This document shows, one piece after another, positions 1 to 8,406 of a stretch of DNA of 64,000 bases; the stretch's first letter is position 1, and the number at the start of each line of letters is the position of its first letter. Under the pieces are notes generated by a model. The model worked only from the letters and a program-made list of their open reading frames with translations, did not search any database and was not told the origin of the DNA. The position numbers and the translations under genes are program-made. Origin of the DNA: a virus; the IMG/VR virus record IMGVR_UViG_3300042827_000007, positions 4,848 through 68,847 of that record; one strand, 5' to 3'.

Positions 1-167
1 AGGGTGCCACAGATGGAGCACCGGGTCTCGTCGATCGGCTCGACCTCCGGCCAGGCGGAGATGTCCAGCGGCTCCGGGATGGCCTCGCCGGGCTCCGGCG
101 GGCGCGGCGCGCACCAGTAGATCCACGTCCCGTCGGCGGCACGGAACCAGCCCTCGTCGACGGTCAC
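1..167 (-). CDS. Hypothetical protein, truncated by window start
   Basis: GTG at 167 overlaps the stop of the upstream HTH gene (GTGA); open frame MTVDEGWFRAADGTWIYWC...CSICG to the edge. Confidence 0.5.
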   Translation of the reverse strand, partial: MTVDEGWFRAADGTWIYWCAPRPPEPGEAIPEPLDISAWPEVEPIDETRCSICGT

Positions 168-532
168 GCCGGCCGCCTCTCGTCCCACCAGTGGAGGTCA
201 CCCTCGGAGATCCGGACGTGGTGCGCGGTCCGGAGCCCGTGCGGCTCCAGGTCGCACGCCTTCCCGGAGTCGGGGTCGGTCACCCCGCACACGGTAGGGG
301 CGGGCGCGGCCGGCCGCGGGGTCTGGTCGAGCCACCGGATCACCGTGACCGCGTTCGACAGGTCGCAGTCCTCGCCGTTCTCGATCCGGGAGATCGTCGA
401 GTACGACAGGTGCAACTCGGCGGCGGCGGCACGCTGGGACAGTCCGCGGGCGCGGCGGGCCTCCCGCAGGATCAGGCCGAGGCGGGAGAGCAGGTCGGCG
501 ACCTCGGAGTACGGAGTCGGCCGGCCGCTCAT
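164..532 (-). CDS. XRE-family HTH protein with C-terminal Cys/His micro-domain
   Basis: LREARRARGLSQRAAAAELHLSYSTISRIENG is a canonical HTH_3 pattern; ATG at 532 overlaps upstream stop. Confidence 0.8.
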   Translation of the reverse strand: MSGRPTPYSEVADLLSRLGLILREARRARGLSQRAAAAELHLSYSTISRIENGEDCDLSNAVTVIRWLDQTPRPAAPAPTVCGVTDPDSGKACDLEPHGLRTAHHVRISEGDLHWWDERRPA

Positions 533-786
533 GCTGACACCGCCGGGGAAGTGACCAGGGCGGCGGGGCCGTCGGTGGACCCGTCGGGGCGGCGGAACGC
601 GGACGTCCCGCGGTGCTGGCACCCGCAGCCCTGCTCCCCGCCCTCGCACGTGGCGTGCAAGCGGTCGGCCTCGGCGACGGACGTCTTCCACTTCGCGATC
701 ACGCCGACGGGCTCGGTCTCGGCGGGGGGCTCGGGGGTGATGCTGGCCCGGAGGTCTGCTCCGGCCTTACAGTTTCGGCAGATCAT
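529..786 (-). CDS. Small Cys-rich hypothetical protein
   Basis: 85-aa ORF with CRNC and CEGGEQGCGCQH; ATGA coupling to the HTH gene. Confidence 0.6.
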   Translation of the reverse strand: MICRNCKAGADLRASITPEPPAETEPVGVIAKWKTSVAEADRLHATCEGGEQGCGCQHRGTSAFRRPDGSTDGPAALVTSPAVSA

Positions 787-840
787 GTGCGTGATCTCTC
801 TGGTCGGCAGGTGGTGCTTACCACCATGGTATGACGGAAG

Positions 841-1767
841 TTGGTTCCTGTGGAGAGGCTAATCGAGCGGGTAGTTCTTCCCCGCCACCCGCGGCTCGGC
901 CGCAACGTCAACCACGACAGCGAGTCCCGGCGCTTCCGGGTCGCCCCGCGGCACCTCGGCCAGATCCGCCCCGTGCGGCACGAGGCACACGTCCCGATCC
1001 TCGACCAGGGCTCCCTCGGCTCATGCACCGGGAACGCCGGGGTCGCCGCCCTCTACCGCCACCCGTACGTGGCCGGGGTCGTGAAGCCCTTCGGCACGTT
1101 CACCCCGAACGAGCCCGGCGCGGTCAACCTCTACACCGAGGCGACGAAGATCGACCCGTTCGCCGGGGAGATGCCGGCCGAGGACACCGGGTCGGATGGC
1201 CTGTCGATCGCGAAGGTACTCAAGCGGACCGGCGCGGTGTCCGGCTACCTGTGGGCGTTTACCCTCCTGGAGGCCCTGGCTCAGCTCGCCGAGACTCCCG
1301 TGATCACGGGTGTCCCGTGGCTGAACAGCATGTTCGACACGACGAACTCCGGGCACGCCGGCCACCTCGTGGTGCGCCAGGAGTCCGGCATGGCGGGCGG
1401 GCACGAGATCTGCGCGGACGAGGTGCTGACCCCCGCGGGGGCGGTCCTCGACGCGTCGGGGTCGGTGGACCTGTCTCAGGTGTGGGTCGGCGGGCCGAAC
1501 TCGTGGGGCACCTCGTGGGGCGACCAGGGTCGCTGGTACATGACGGCGGCGGAGTGGGGCTGGTTGCTCAGCCAGCAGGGCGACGTGACCGCGTTCGTCC
1601 CGGCGACGAAGCCTCAGCCGACCCCGACGCCGGCACCGAGCGGCGACGCGGCCGGGGATGCGCTGTGGTCGGCCACGAAGGCGTGGGCCGCCGCCCCGCA
1701 CACGGGCAGCAACGCGCGGGCGGCGAAGGCCGTCACGGCGTGGGCGAAGTCCACCGGCCGCGGGTGA
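841..1767 (+). CDS. Papain-like (C1A) cysteine peptidase with Pro/Thr linker and short C-terminal domain; candidate endolysin
   Basis: DQGSLGSCTGNA (oxyanion Gln, catalytic Cys), GGHEI (His), NSWGTSWGDQG (Asn); exact start uncertain. Confidence 0.88.
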   Translation: MVPVERLIERVVLPRHPRLGRNVNHDSESRRFRVAPRHLGQIRPVRHEAHVPILDQGSLGSCTGNAGVAALYRHPYVAGVVKPFGTFTPNEPGAVNLYTEATKIDPFAGEMPAEDTGSDGLSIAKVLKRTGAVSGYLWAFTLLEALAQLAETPVITGVPWLNSMFDTTNSGHAGHLVVRQESGMAGGHEICADEVLTPAGAVLDASGSVDLSQVWVGGPNSWGTSWGDQGRWYMTAAEWGWLLSQQGDVTAFVPATKPQPTPTPAPSGDAAGDALWSATKAWAAAPHTGSNARAAKAVTAWAKSTGRG

Positions 1768-2000
1768 TGGCCGCGTACGTGGTGGTCCTGGCGAAGGACC
1801 ACCCGGAGCGGGACGGGTGGGTCGACGACCAGGCCCGGACCGCCCCGCCCGGGGATCTCGTGCCAATCTCCGACGAGACGTATCAGGGACGCTGGCGGCT
1901 CCCTCTGCCTGAGCGGACCCTCGTCCACGTCTTCGCGGAGACCGGCGACGTCCCGGACCTGGAGCGGGCCGGCCTGGAGCGGGCGGGCGACGATGCCTGA
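1767..2000 (+). CDS. Hypothetical protein
   Basis: MAAYVVVLAKDH...GDDA; start overlaps peptidase stop; strong GC3 bias. Confidence 0.6.
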   Translation: MAAYVVVLAKDHPERDGWVDDQARTAPPGDLVPISDETYQGRWRLPLPERTLVHVFAETGDVPDLERAGLERAGDDA

Positions 2001-2442
2001 CTTCGTCACCGCGGGCCGCGGGTTCCGGGCCATGCTCACCGACCCGCACGACGGCGACACGTTCCGGGTCCTCACCGACGGCGGGTTCGACTCCCGCGCG
2101 GAGCCGTGGCTTCGGCTGTACGACACGCACGCCCCGGAACTGATCATGCGGCTCCCCCCGCGGGGTCAGGCGGGCGGCACGGAGACGACCGACTTCGTGA
2201 ACGACTGGCTCGCCAGGTCGGCCGACCGGCGGTTCCGGTGGCACCTGGCGGTCCTGGCGCACCTGACGACGACGATCGAGCCGAACGAGCGGACCACGTT
2301 CCGCCGGTACGTCGCCACGGTCTGGCGGCGCGCCGATTGGGTCCGGCCGTGGCAGGACCCGCCCCCGGCGTGGGGCCTGTCGCTGAACGCGGCCGTCGCG
2401 ACGTACCTCTCAGGTCATCCGGAGTGGCCGACCGGTGAGTGA
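1993..2442 (+). CDS. Staphylococcal-nuclease (thermonuclease)-like protein
   Basis: HDGDTFRV, LRLYDTHAPE and TFRRYVATVW match SNase DGDT / RL..idAPE / yGRyla motifs. Confidence 0.7.
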   Translation: MPDFVTAGRGFRAMLTDPHDGDTFRVLTDGGFDSRAEPWLRLYDTHAPELIMRLPPRGQAGGTETTDFVNDWLARSADRRFRWHLAVLAHLTTTIEPNERTTFRRYVATVWRRADWVRPWQDPPPAWGLSLNAAVATYLSGHPEWPTGE

Positions 2443-2896
2443 TCAAGCGTGGTGCCGGACGGACGGTGAGCCGGCCACCTTCCGGTGCCGGGAGCGTCTG
2501 CATGACGTCGCCGAGGGCGGCAAGGACGAACGCAAGCCCGGCCCGGTGGAGGCGGCGGTCGAGTCCGACATAGCGGCGATCGGCCGGATCGGGCTCGGCC
2601 GGGTCTTCATGGCGGAGAGCGCGCGGAAGCTGGCGCGGGCGATCGACGCCCGCGGGGACGACGAGGCCCCCTCGGCGCTGGCGAAGGCCGTCGACTCGCT
2701 GTTCAAGGTCATGAACGCCTTAGCGGCGAAGGACGATGGAGGCATGGATGACCGCAGCGAGCTTGAACGAGCGCTCGGGGTCTCTGACGATGGAAGCCCT
2801 GCGGTGTCCGCCCCGCTTCGGTACCCGCCGGAGACTCGACCGGCCAACGGTCGGGCCGGCAATCGGCCGCGTCGCAAGGGTGCTCGATCCGAGTAA
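2435..2896 (+). CDS. terS: Terminase small subunit (putative)
   Basis: Helical 153-aa ORF directly upstream of and overlapping terL; contains an in-frame TTA at 2720. Confidence 0.6.
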   Translation: MSDQAWCRTDGEPATFRCRERLHDVAEGGKDERKPGPVEAAVESDIAAIGRIGLGRVFMAESARKLARAIDARGDDEAPSALAKAVDSLFKVMNALAAKDDGGMDDRSELERALGVSDDGSPAVSAPLRYPPETRPANGRAGNRPRRKGARSE

Positions 2897-4379
2897 GCCC
2901 CCGCTCCCGCACCAGCAGTACATGTACGACGTGATCGGGGAGCTGGACCCGGAGACGGGCACGTTCGCGTACGACGATGTGACCCTGGTCGGGCCCCGGC
3001 AGGTCACCGGGAAGACCGAGTTCCTACTCCCTCACATGCTGTGGAGGTGCGTCGGGCTCGGGAAGGACGTCGCGGAGTACGCGCGCCGGGAGTTCGGGAT
3101 CGACGTCCCGGACCCCGGCCCGCAACGGGTGATGTATACGGCTCAGCGGGCCGAGGACGCCCGGCAGAAGTGGCGGGACGTCCACGTCGAGCGGATCAAG
3201 GCCAGCCCGTGGCGGGCGGAGTGGGCGAAGTCCCCGCGGCTCCGCCTGGCGGCCGAGGCGATGTTCTTCCGCAACGGGTCCGTGTGGGTTCCGGGGTCGA
3301 CGACCGGTAAGTCCGCGGGCACCGGCGACCAGCTCGACCACGGCGTGATCGACGAGATGTGGGCACAGACCGACGGGTCGACCGAGATCGGGATGCGGCC
3401 GACGATGCTCACGAGGCCGTGGCGGCAGTTGGTCCGGGCGTCGATGGTGCCGGGCCTGTCCCGGGTGTCGCCCGACAAGTGGGCGTACATGCGGTCGAAG
3501 ATGACGGCCGGCCGGTCGAAGGTGGAGACCGACGTCGGTCACGGCGGGGCCTACTTCGAGTGGTCCGCGCCGGAGAACGCCGACCCGGGCGACGAGGACG
3601 TGTGGTGGAACTGTATGCCCGCGCTCGGCTACACCGTGCCGATCAAGAACGTCCGGGAGGACTTCGGCGGCCTCGACCTGATCGACTTCATGGCCGAGTA
3701 TCTGGGCATCTGGCCGACGGGGAATCTCCCGCTGTGGACGACGATCCAGGAGCAGACCTGGCGGGACCTGTTCCACGGCGGGCAGTACCTCGAACCGATC
3801 GCGCTCGGCGTCGACGCGACCCCGGAGCTGACGGCCGCGTCTATCGGGATGGCCGCTCAGATCTCGGAGGGCGGAGACGTCCACCTGGAGCTAATTGATC
3901 GCAGGGCTGGCGTCAACTGGGTAGTAGAGGCGATCCTGTCCATATGCAGGTCACAGCCTGTGTGTGCGATCGGTATCGACAGGAACGGCCCGCTCGCTGG
4001 GATCGTGCAACCGTTGACGCGCGCAGCGGAAGAGCAGAATCTTGACATCACGATCGTGGGCGGCCAGGGACGAGGGCTCAACTCGGCCGAGGTCGCGGCG
4101 GCGTGCGCGACGATCTACAACGAGACCGGGGAGTACGACGATGACGATCCCGAGGCGGCGGCGGCCACGTTACGCCGTGTGCGTCACATCGGCCAGGAAG
4201 ACCTCACTACGTCGGTTGCGGGCGCTCTCAAGCACTACCAAGGCGACCGGTGGCGCTGGAACCGCACGGGCTCCGCGGTGGATGTCTCGCCTCTGTTCTC
4301 GGTCACCCTGGCTCGGTACGCCGGAGAGGTCGAGGAATGGATCGGCGGAGCGTACGACGCCCGGGAGTCGCTGGGATGA
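2790..4379 (+). CDS. terL: Terminase large subunit
   Basis: GPRQVTGKT Walker A, VIDEMW Walker B, LGVDATPE and DVSPLFSVTLA nuclease motifs; upstream of portal; start may be 2736. Confidence 0.92.
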   Translation: MEALRCPPRFGTRRRLDRPTVGPAIGRVARVLDPSKPPLPHQQYMYDVIGELDPETGTFAYDDVTLVGPRQVTGKTEFLLPHMLWRCVGLGKDVAEYARREFGIDVPDPGPQRVMYTAQRAEDARQKWRDVHVERIKASPWRAEWAKSPRLRLAAEAMFFRNGSVWVPGSTTGKSAGTGDQLDHGVIDEMWAQTDGSTEIGMRPTMLTRPWRQLVRASMVPGLSRVSPDKWAYMRSKMTAGRSKVETDVGHGGAYFEWSAPENADPGDEDVWWNCMPALGYTVPIKNVREDFGGLDLIDFMAEYLGIWPTGNLPLWTTIQEQTWRDLFHGGQYLEPIALGVDATPELTAASIGMAAQISEGGDVHLELIDRRAGVNWVVEAILSICRSQPVCAIGIDRNGPLAGIVQPLTRAAEEQNLDITIVGGQGRGLNSAEVAAACATIYNETGEYDDDDPEAAAATLRRVRHIGQEDLTTSVAGALKHYQGDRWRWNRTGSAVDVSPLFSVTLARYAGEVEEWIGGAYDARESLG

Positions 4380-4452
4380 GATCATCCGCACCCTCGGACC
4401 GACCCGCGTCCCGGAGCCGAAGCCGGTCACCCTGGAAGACCTCCAGGCTGTC

Positions 4453-4596
4453 ATGTTGCTGATCGAGGCGTTCGCGCCGGCTCCGGAGCCGATCTACCTC
4501 ACCCCGCGGTCGTACGACGCGCTCGCCGCGTGGCGGTACATGCCGATCATCACCCCGCCGTCGAGCCGGATCACGATCACCGGTGGTCTCACGTGA
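4453..4596 (+). CDS. Small hypothetical protein (start uncertain; coding-like bias begins near 4375)
   Basis: High-GC3 frame filling the gap after terL; stop overlaps next GTG. Confidence 0.35.
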   Translation: MLLIEAFAPAPEPIYLTPRSYDALAAWRYMPIITPPSSRITITGGLT

Positions 4597-5003
4597 CCCG
4601 CCCCGTCCCGGACACCGTCCGCCAGCTCCCGCAGGCCCGCGGGTCCATGCCGGGCCAGCTCGAACCGGCCCGGCCGTCCGAGGCCCTGCGGCTCCCCGTG
4701 GAGGTCCCCGACGACCGGGACCCGGAGCGGACGAAGGAGCACGTCTCGACGGTCCTGTCCACCGTGGCGATCCTCGCGATCGTCGTCGGCCTGACGTGGG
4801 GGCTGTGGCCGCACATCGGTCCCTGGTCGCTGTGCGCCGGGGGCGTCGCCCTGGCCGTCCTCGTCACGATCGCGGACTCCGCGCGCAAGCCCGACGCCCT
4901 CCCCGCCGTCGAGCCCGACCCGGAGCCCGTCACGAAGCCTCTCGTCCCCGGCCCCACCGACGCCGGCAACCTCCACGCGAAGGGACCGGGTGCTAGCGCA
5001 TGA
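4593..5003 (+). CDS. Membrane protein between terL and portal
   Basis: Two hydrophobic segments (VLSTVAILAIVVGLTWGLW; LCAGGVALAVLVTIA); coupled starts/stops on both sides. Confidence 0.7.
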   Translation: MTRPVPDTVRQLPQARGSMPGQLEPARPSEALRLPVEVPDDRDPERTKEHVSTVLSTVAILAIVVGLTWGLWPHIGPWSLCAGGVALAVLVTIADSARKPDALPAVEPDPEPVTKPLVPGPTDAGNLHAKGPGASA

Positions 5004-6403
5004 GCATGTGGCGTAGGGCCTACACGAACCCGAGGACCGCCGCGTCGGCCGGCATGACGCGCCGGGACTTCGAGGGCGTACCAGGGGCGAGCCTGCCCGG
5101 CGGCGGCCTGAACCTCCCCCCGCGGTCCAGCGGGAAGCACGGCGCGGTCAACGTGACCGAGGCTAAGGCCATGACGCACTCGGCCTACTTCGCGTGCCTG
5201 CGGCTCCGGGCGGACCTCGTGTCGACGTTCCCCGCGGACGTGTTCCGGGACGTCGACCTCGGGGACGGCCCGGTCGCTACGGAGATGCCGAAGCCCCCCG
5301 TCATGGTCGACCCGGGCGGCGTCGAATGGGACTTCACTGACTGGATGTGGGCCAGCCAGCGGGACCTCGACTCGACCGGCAACGCGATCGGTCTCATCCG
5401 GGAGCGGAACGCGGTCTCGACCCGCTACTACCCCGAGGGCCTACCGTCGCGGATCGAGCTGTTCGACACCCGCGGGTGCTCGATCATCAACCACAAGGGC
5501 TCCATGAAGTACCGCATCGACGGGCGGATCTACGACCCGTCGCAGGTCTACCACGAACGCCAGTACAGGATGTCCGGCTCCCCGGTGGGCCTGTCCCCGC
5601 TCATGATGGCGGCGGCCACGATCGGGGAGTACCTGTCGATGCAGGAGTACGGGCTCGACTGGTTCTCCCACGGCGGCATCCCGAAGGCGTGGATGCAGAA
5701 CACGGCGAAGCGGCTCGGCGACGAGGAACGCACGGCGGCGAAGTCGTGGTACGAGGACACCGTCCGGAACGGTGATCTCATGGTCACCGGCCGGGACTGG
5801 GAGTACAACATGATCCAGGCCGAGACCGCGGGCCTGGAGTGGCTGGAGGGCCGCCGGTACGGCATCGCCGAGGTCTGCCGGTTCCTGTCGGTCCCGCCGG
5901 AGATGGTCCACGGCGCGGTGTCCGGCCAGTCCGTGACGTACGCGAACGTGACTCAGGCGAACCTCCAATTCCTGATCATGCACCTCGCGCCGGCTGTGAT
6001 CCGCCGGGAGAAGAACCTGACGAAGCTCCTTCCGATGCCTCGGTACGTGAAGCTGAACACCGACGCGTTGCTCCGCATGGACCCGAAGACCCGCCAGGAC
6101 GTCCTGACGTCGCAGTTGGGCAACTGGCAATTGACCCTGTCCGAGGCCCGGAAGCTCGACAACCGCCAGGCCCTTAGCACTGCCGACATGGCCGAGATGA
6201 CGAAGATCTACGGGGCACCGCAGATCGGGAAGGGCCCGGCGGCACCCGCCCCGGACCCGGCGTCCGGTACGACTCAGCCCGACCAGGGCGACGCAGCCCC
6301 CGCGGTCCCGGCCGACGCCATGGCGTGGACCGACACGGACATGCGGGAGGCGGCGATCTTCGCGGAGCGTATGGAAGCGCTCGCGGAGCTGACGGCAGCG
6401 TAG
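5000..6403 (+). CDS. Portal protein (HK97-like)
   Basis: YFACLRLRADLVSTFP, STGNAIGLI, GLSPL, EVCRFLSVPPEMV, TYANV, TLSEARKLDN motifs; position after terL. Confidence 0.95.
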   Translation: MSMWRRAYTNPRTAASAGMTRRDFEGVPGASLPGGGLNLPPRSSGKHGAVNVTEAKAMTHSAYFACLRLRADLVSTFPADVFRDVDLGDGPVATEMPKPPVMVDPGGVEWDFTDWMWASQRDLDSTGNAIGLIRERNAVSTRYYPEGLPSRIELFDTRGCSIINHKGSMKYRIDGRIYDPSQVYHERQYRMSGSPVGLSPLMMAAATIGEYLSMQEYGLDWFSHGGIPKAWMQNTAKRLGDEERTAAKSWYEDTVRNGDLMVTGRDWEYNMIQAETAGLEWLEGRRYGIAEVCRFLSVPPEMVHGAVSGQSVTYANVTQANLQFLIMHLAPAVIRREKNLTKLLPMPRYVKLNTDALLRMDPKTRQDVLTSQLGNWQLTLSEARKLDNRQALSTADMAEMTKIYGAPQIGKGPAAPAPDPASGTTQPDQGDAAPAVPADAMAWTDTDMREAAIFAERMEALAELTAA

Positions 6404-6416
6404 GGAAGGCGAGGAC

Positions 6417-8246
6417 ATGGCGGAGAGCACCCACCGGCGAGCGCTGGCGGATCTGGTCGACTCGACGGCGGCGAGGATCGTCGAGCAAGCGACGGACGAC
6501 GGCGTACCGGTCGCGGAACTGCCCGGGATGCGGCTCCGCTGGTACACGATCGGGCAGACCCGGGCCGCGGAGCCCGGCACCACCGGCCGCGACGGTGAGC
6601 CGGCCCGGACCGAGACCAACGTCTACGTGTACGACCGCATCGGCGGGTCGATGGGCGTCAACGCGAGCGCGTTCGCGGCGGAGCTGGAGGACATCGACTC
6701 CGACGTGATCCACCTCCGGATCAACTCGCCGGGCGGGTCCGTGTTCGACGCGAAGTCCATCATGAACACCCTCCGGGCGCACCCGGCGTACGTCCACGCC
6801 CACATCGACGGGATGTCCGCCAGCGCGGCGACAGTCGTCATGCTCGGCGCGGACGAGATCACCGTGGAGCCGGGCGGGGAGGTCATGGTCCACCGGGCCT
6901 CGTCGGAGTACAGCGGCGACGACCTGTCTGCCGAGGCGTGGATGACGTGGCTCAAGCGCCAGACCGAGGACATCGCGAACCTCTACAGCCAGCGCTCCGG
7001 CCGGGACGCGGCCGAGTGGGACGAGATGATGACGGCCGAGACGTGGTTCTACGGCTCCGAGGCCGTCGATGCGGGCCTGGCGGACCGGGCGGCGACCCTG
7101 ACCCGGCCGATCCCCGCGGCCGACGAGGACGGGGTGGCCGAGCGCATGGCGCGCCGGCACATCCCGCGCGGCTACAAGTTCACCGGCCGGGCGGCGGCCG
7201 GCCCCCCGCGGTCGAAGCGGAAGCCGGCCCCGGTCACCACGACCAGGAGCACCCGCGGCGGGCGGGTCCCGTCGGAGGTCCGCGACGCCGGCCAGCTCCG
7301 CCAGCGGGCCCTCGGCCGGAACATGATGACCCGGTCCGCGCCGGCCGGCATCACCACGGCGGCGCGCCGGGCGGCACCGTCGGGGGACATCTCGCACGAG
7401 ACCGTGGAGCTACGCGGCCGGCAGATGTTCCGCACGCACGGCGCGTTCACCGTCTACGGGCGCGGCTACGAGATGTGGGACATGTACGGCCCGTACGTGG
7501 AGAAGGTCTATGCCGGCTCCGGTCAGCAGACCATCCACGGCGGCGACCTCGACTGTGTGTTCCTCCTGAACCACGCCGGCCTGTCCATGGCCCGGACCGC
7601 GGGCCCCTGGAACAAGTACCGGGGCACGCTGAACCTCGCGGAGAAGACCGACCACGCCTGGCACGAGGCGTTCCTGAACGTCGACCGGCTCGACGTCCAG
7701 GACATGATCCGGGCGATCGACGACGAGACCGTAACCGAGATGTCCTACGCCTTCATGATCCTTGACGGGCGCTGGAACGACGACATGACCGAGTACGGGA
7801 TCTACCTGTACGACATGAACCGCGGGGACGTGTCCGCGGTCAACTACGGGGCGAACCCGTTCACGGACATCACCGCCAGGGCGTCGGAGATCCTGGGGGA
7901 GCTGGAGCAGATGCCGGCGGGCGCGATCGGCGAGGCCGTCCGCATCCTGTCCCAGAGGGTCGGCACGTACGAGGCCCTGCTCCGGGAGGCCGACCCGGGC
8001 GCGCTGGCCCGTGTCGCCGAGCCTGCCCTGGCCTCCCGCGGGTCGGAGCCGGCCTCGGCCGACGACCGGGCGAGGGCCGACCGGTGGCTCAAGAACGCCA
8101 TCGGCGACGCTGACGTCCCGCCCGACCAGCGCGGCGACGACGACGATGAGGACCCCGACGAGGAAGAGATCATTGACAAGAACACCCCGCAAGGGCCTAC
8201 CGTTGCGGGGTACGAGGCACTTCTGAACAGCATCACCGCGAAGTAG
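6417..8246 (+). CDS. Head maturation protease: ClpP-type (S14) domain fused to HK97-type prohead protease domain
   Basis: N-half INSPGGSVFD..SASAAT..MVH..ETW; C-half FLLNH..EMSYAF..DVSAVNYGANPFT. Confidence 0.9.
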   Translation: MAESTHRRALADLVDSTAARIVEQATDDGVPVAELPGMRLRWYTIGQTRAAEPGTTGRDGEPARTETNVYVYDRIGGSMGVNASAFAAELEDIDSDVIHLRINSPGGSVFDAKSIMNTLRAHPAYVHAHIDGMSASAATVVMLGADEITVEPGGEVMVHRASSEYSGDDLSAEAWMTWLKRQTEDIANLYSQRSGRDAAEWDEMMTAETWFYGSEAVDAGLADRAATLTRPIPAADEDGVAERMARRHIPRGYKFTGRAAAGPPRSKRKPAPVTTTRSTRGGRVPSEVRDAGQLRQRALGRNMMTRSAPAGITTAARRAAPSGDISHETVELRGRQMFRTHGAFTVYGRGYEMWDMYGPYVEKVYAGSGQQTIHGGDLDCVFLLNHAGLSMARTAGPWNKYRGTLNLAEKTDHAWHEAFLNVDRLDVQDMIRAIDDETVTEMSYAFMILDGRWNDDMTEYGIYLYDMNRGDVSAVNYGANPFTDITARASEILGELEQMPAGAIGEAVRILSQRVGTYEALLREADPGALARVAEPALASRGSEPASADDRARADRWLKNAIGDADVPPDQRGDDDDEDPDEEEIIDKNTPQGPTVAGYEALLNSITAK

Positions 8247-8406
8247 GGCCCCTCCGAAGCCCCTCGCGGCACGCCTGATCAGGAGCACCGGTCAGCCCCT
8301 CCATAGCTACCGGGACGCCGACACGCACTGTCCACCCCCCTAACAGCGGGCACCGTGCGCGGCCGTCCATACCGGCAGCGGACCCCGGGGAAAGTCAACC
8401 GGGAGT

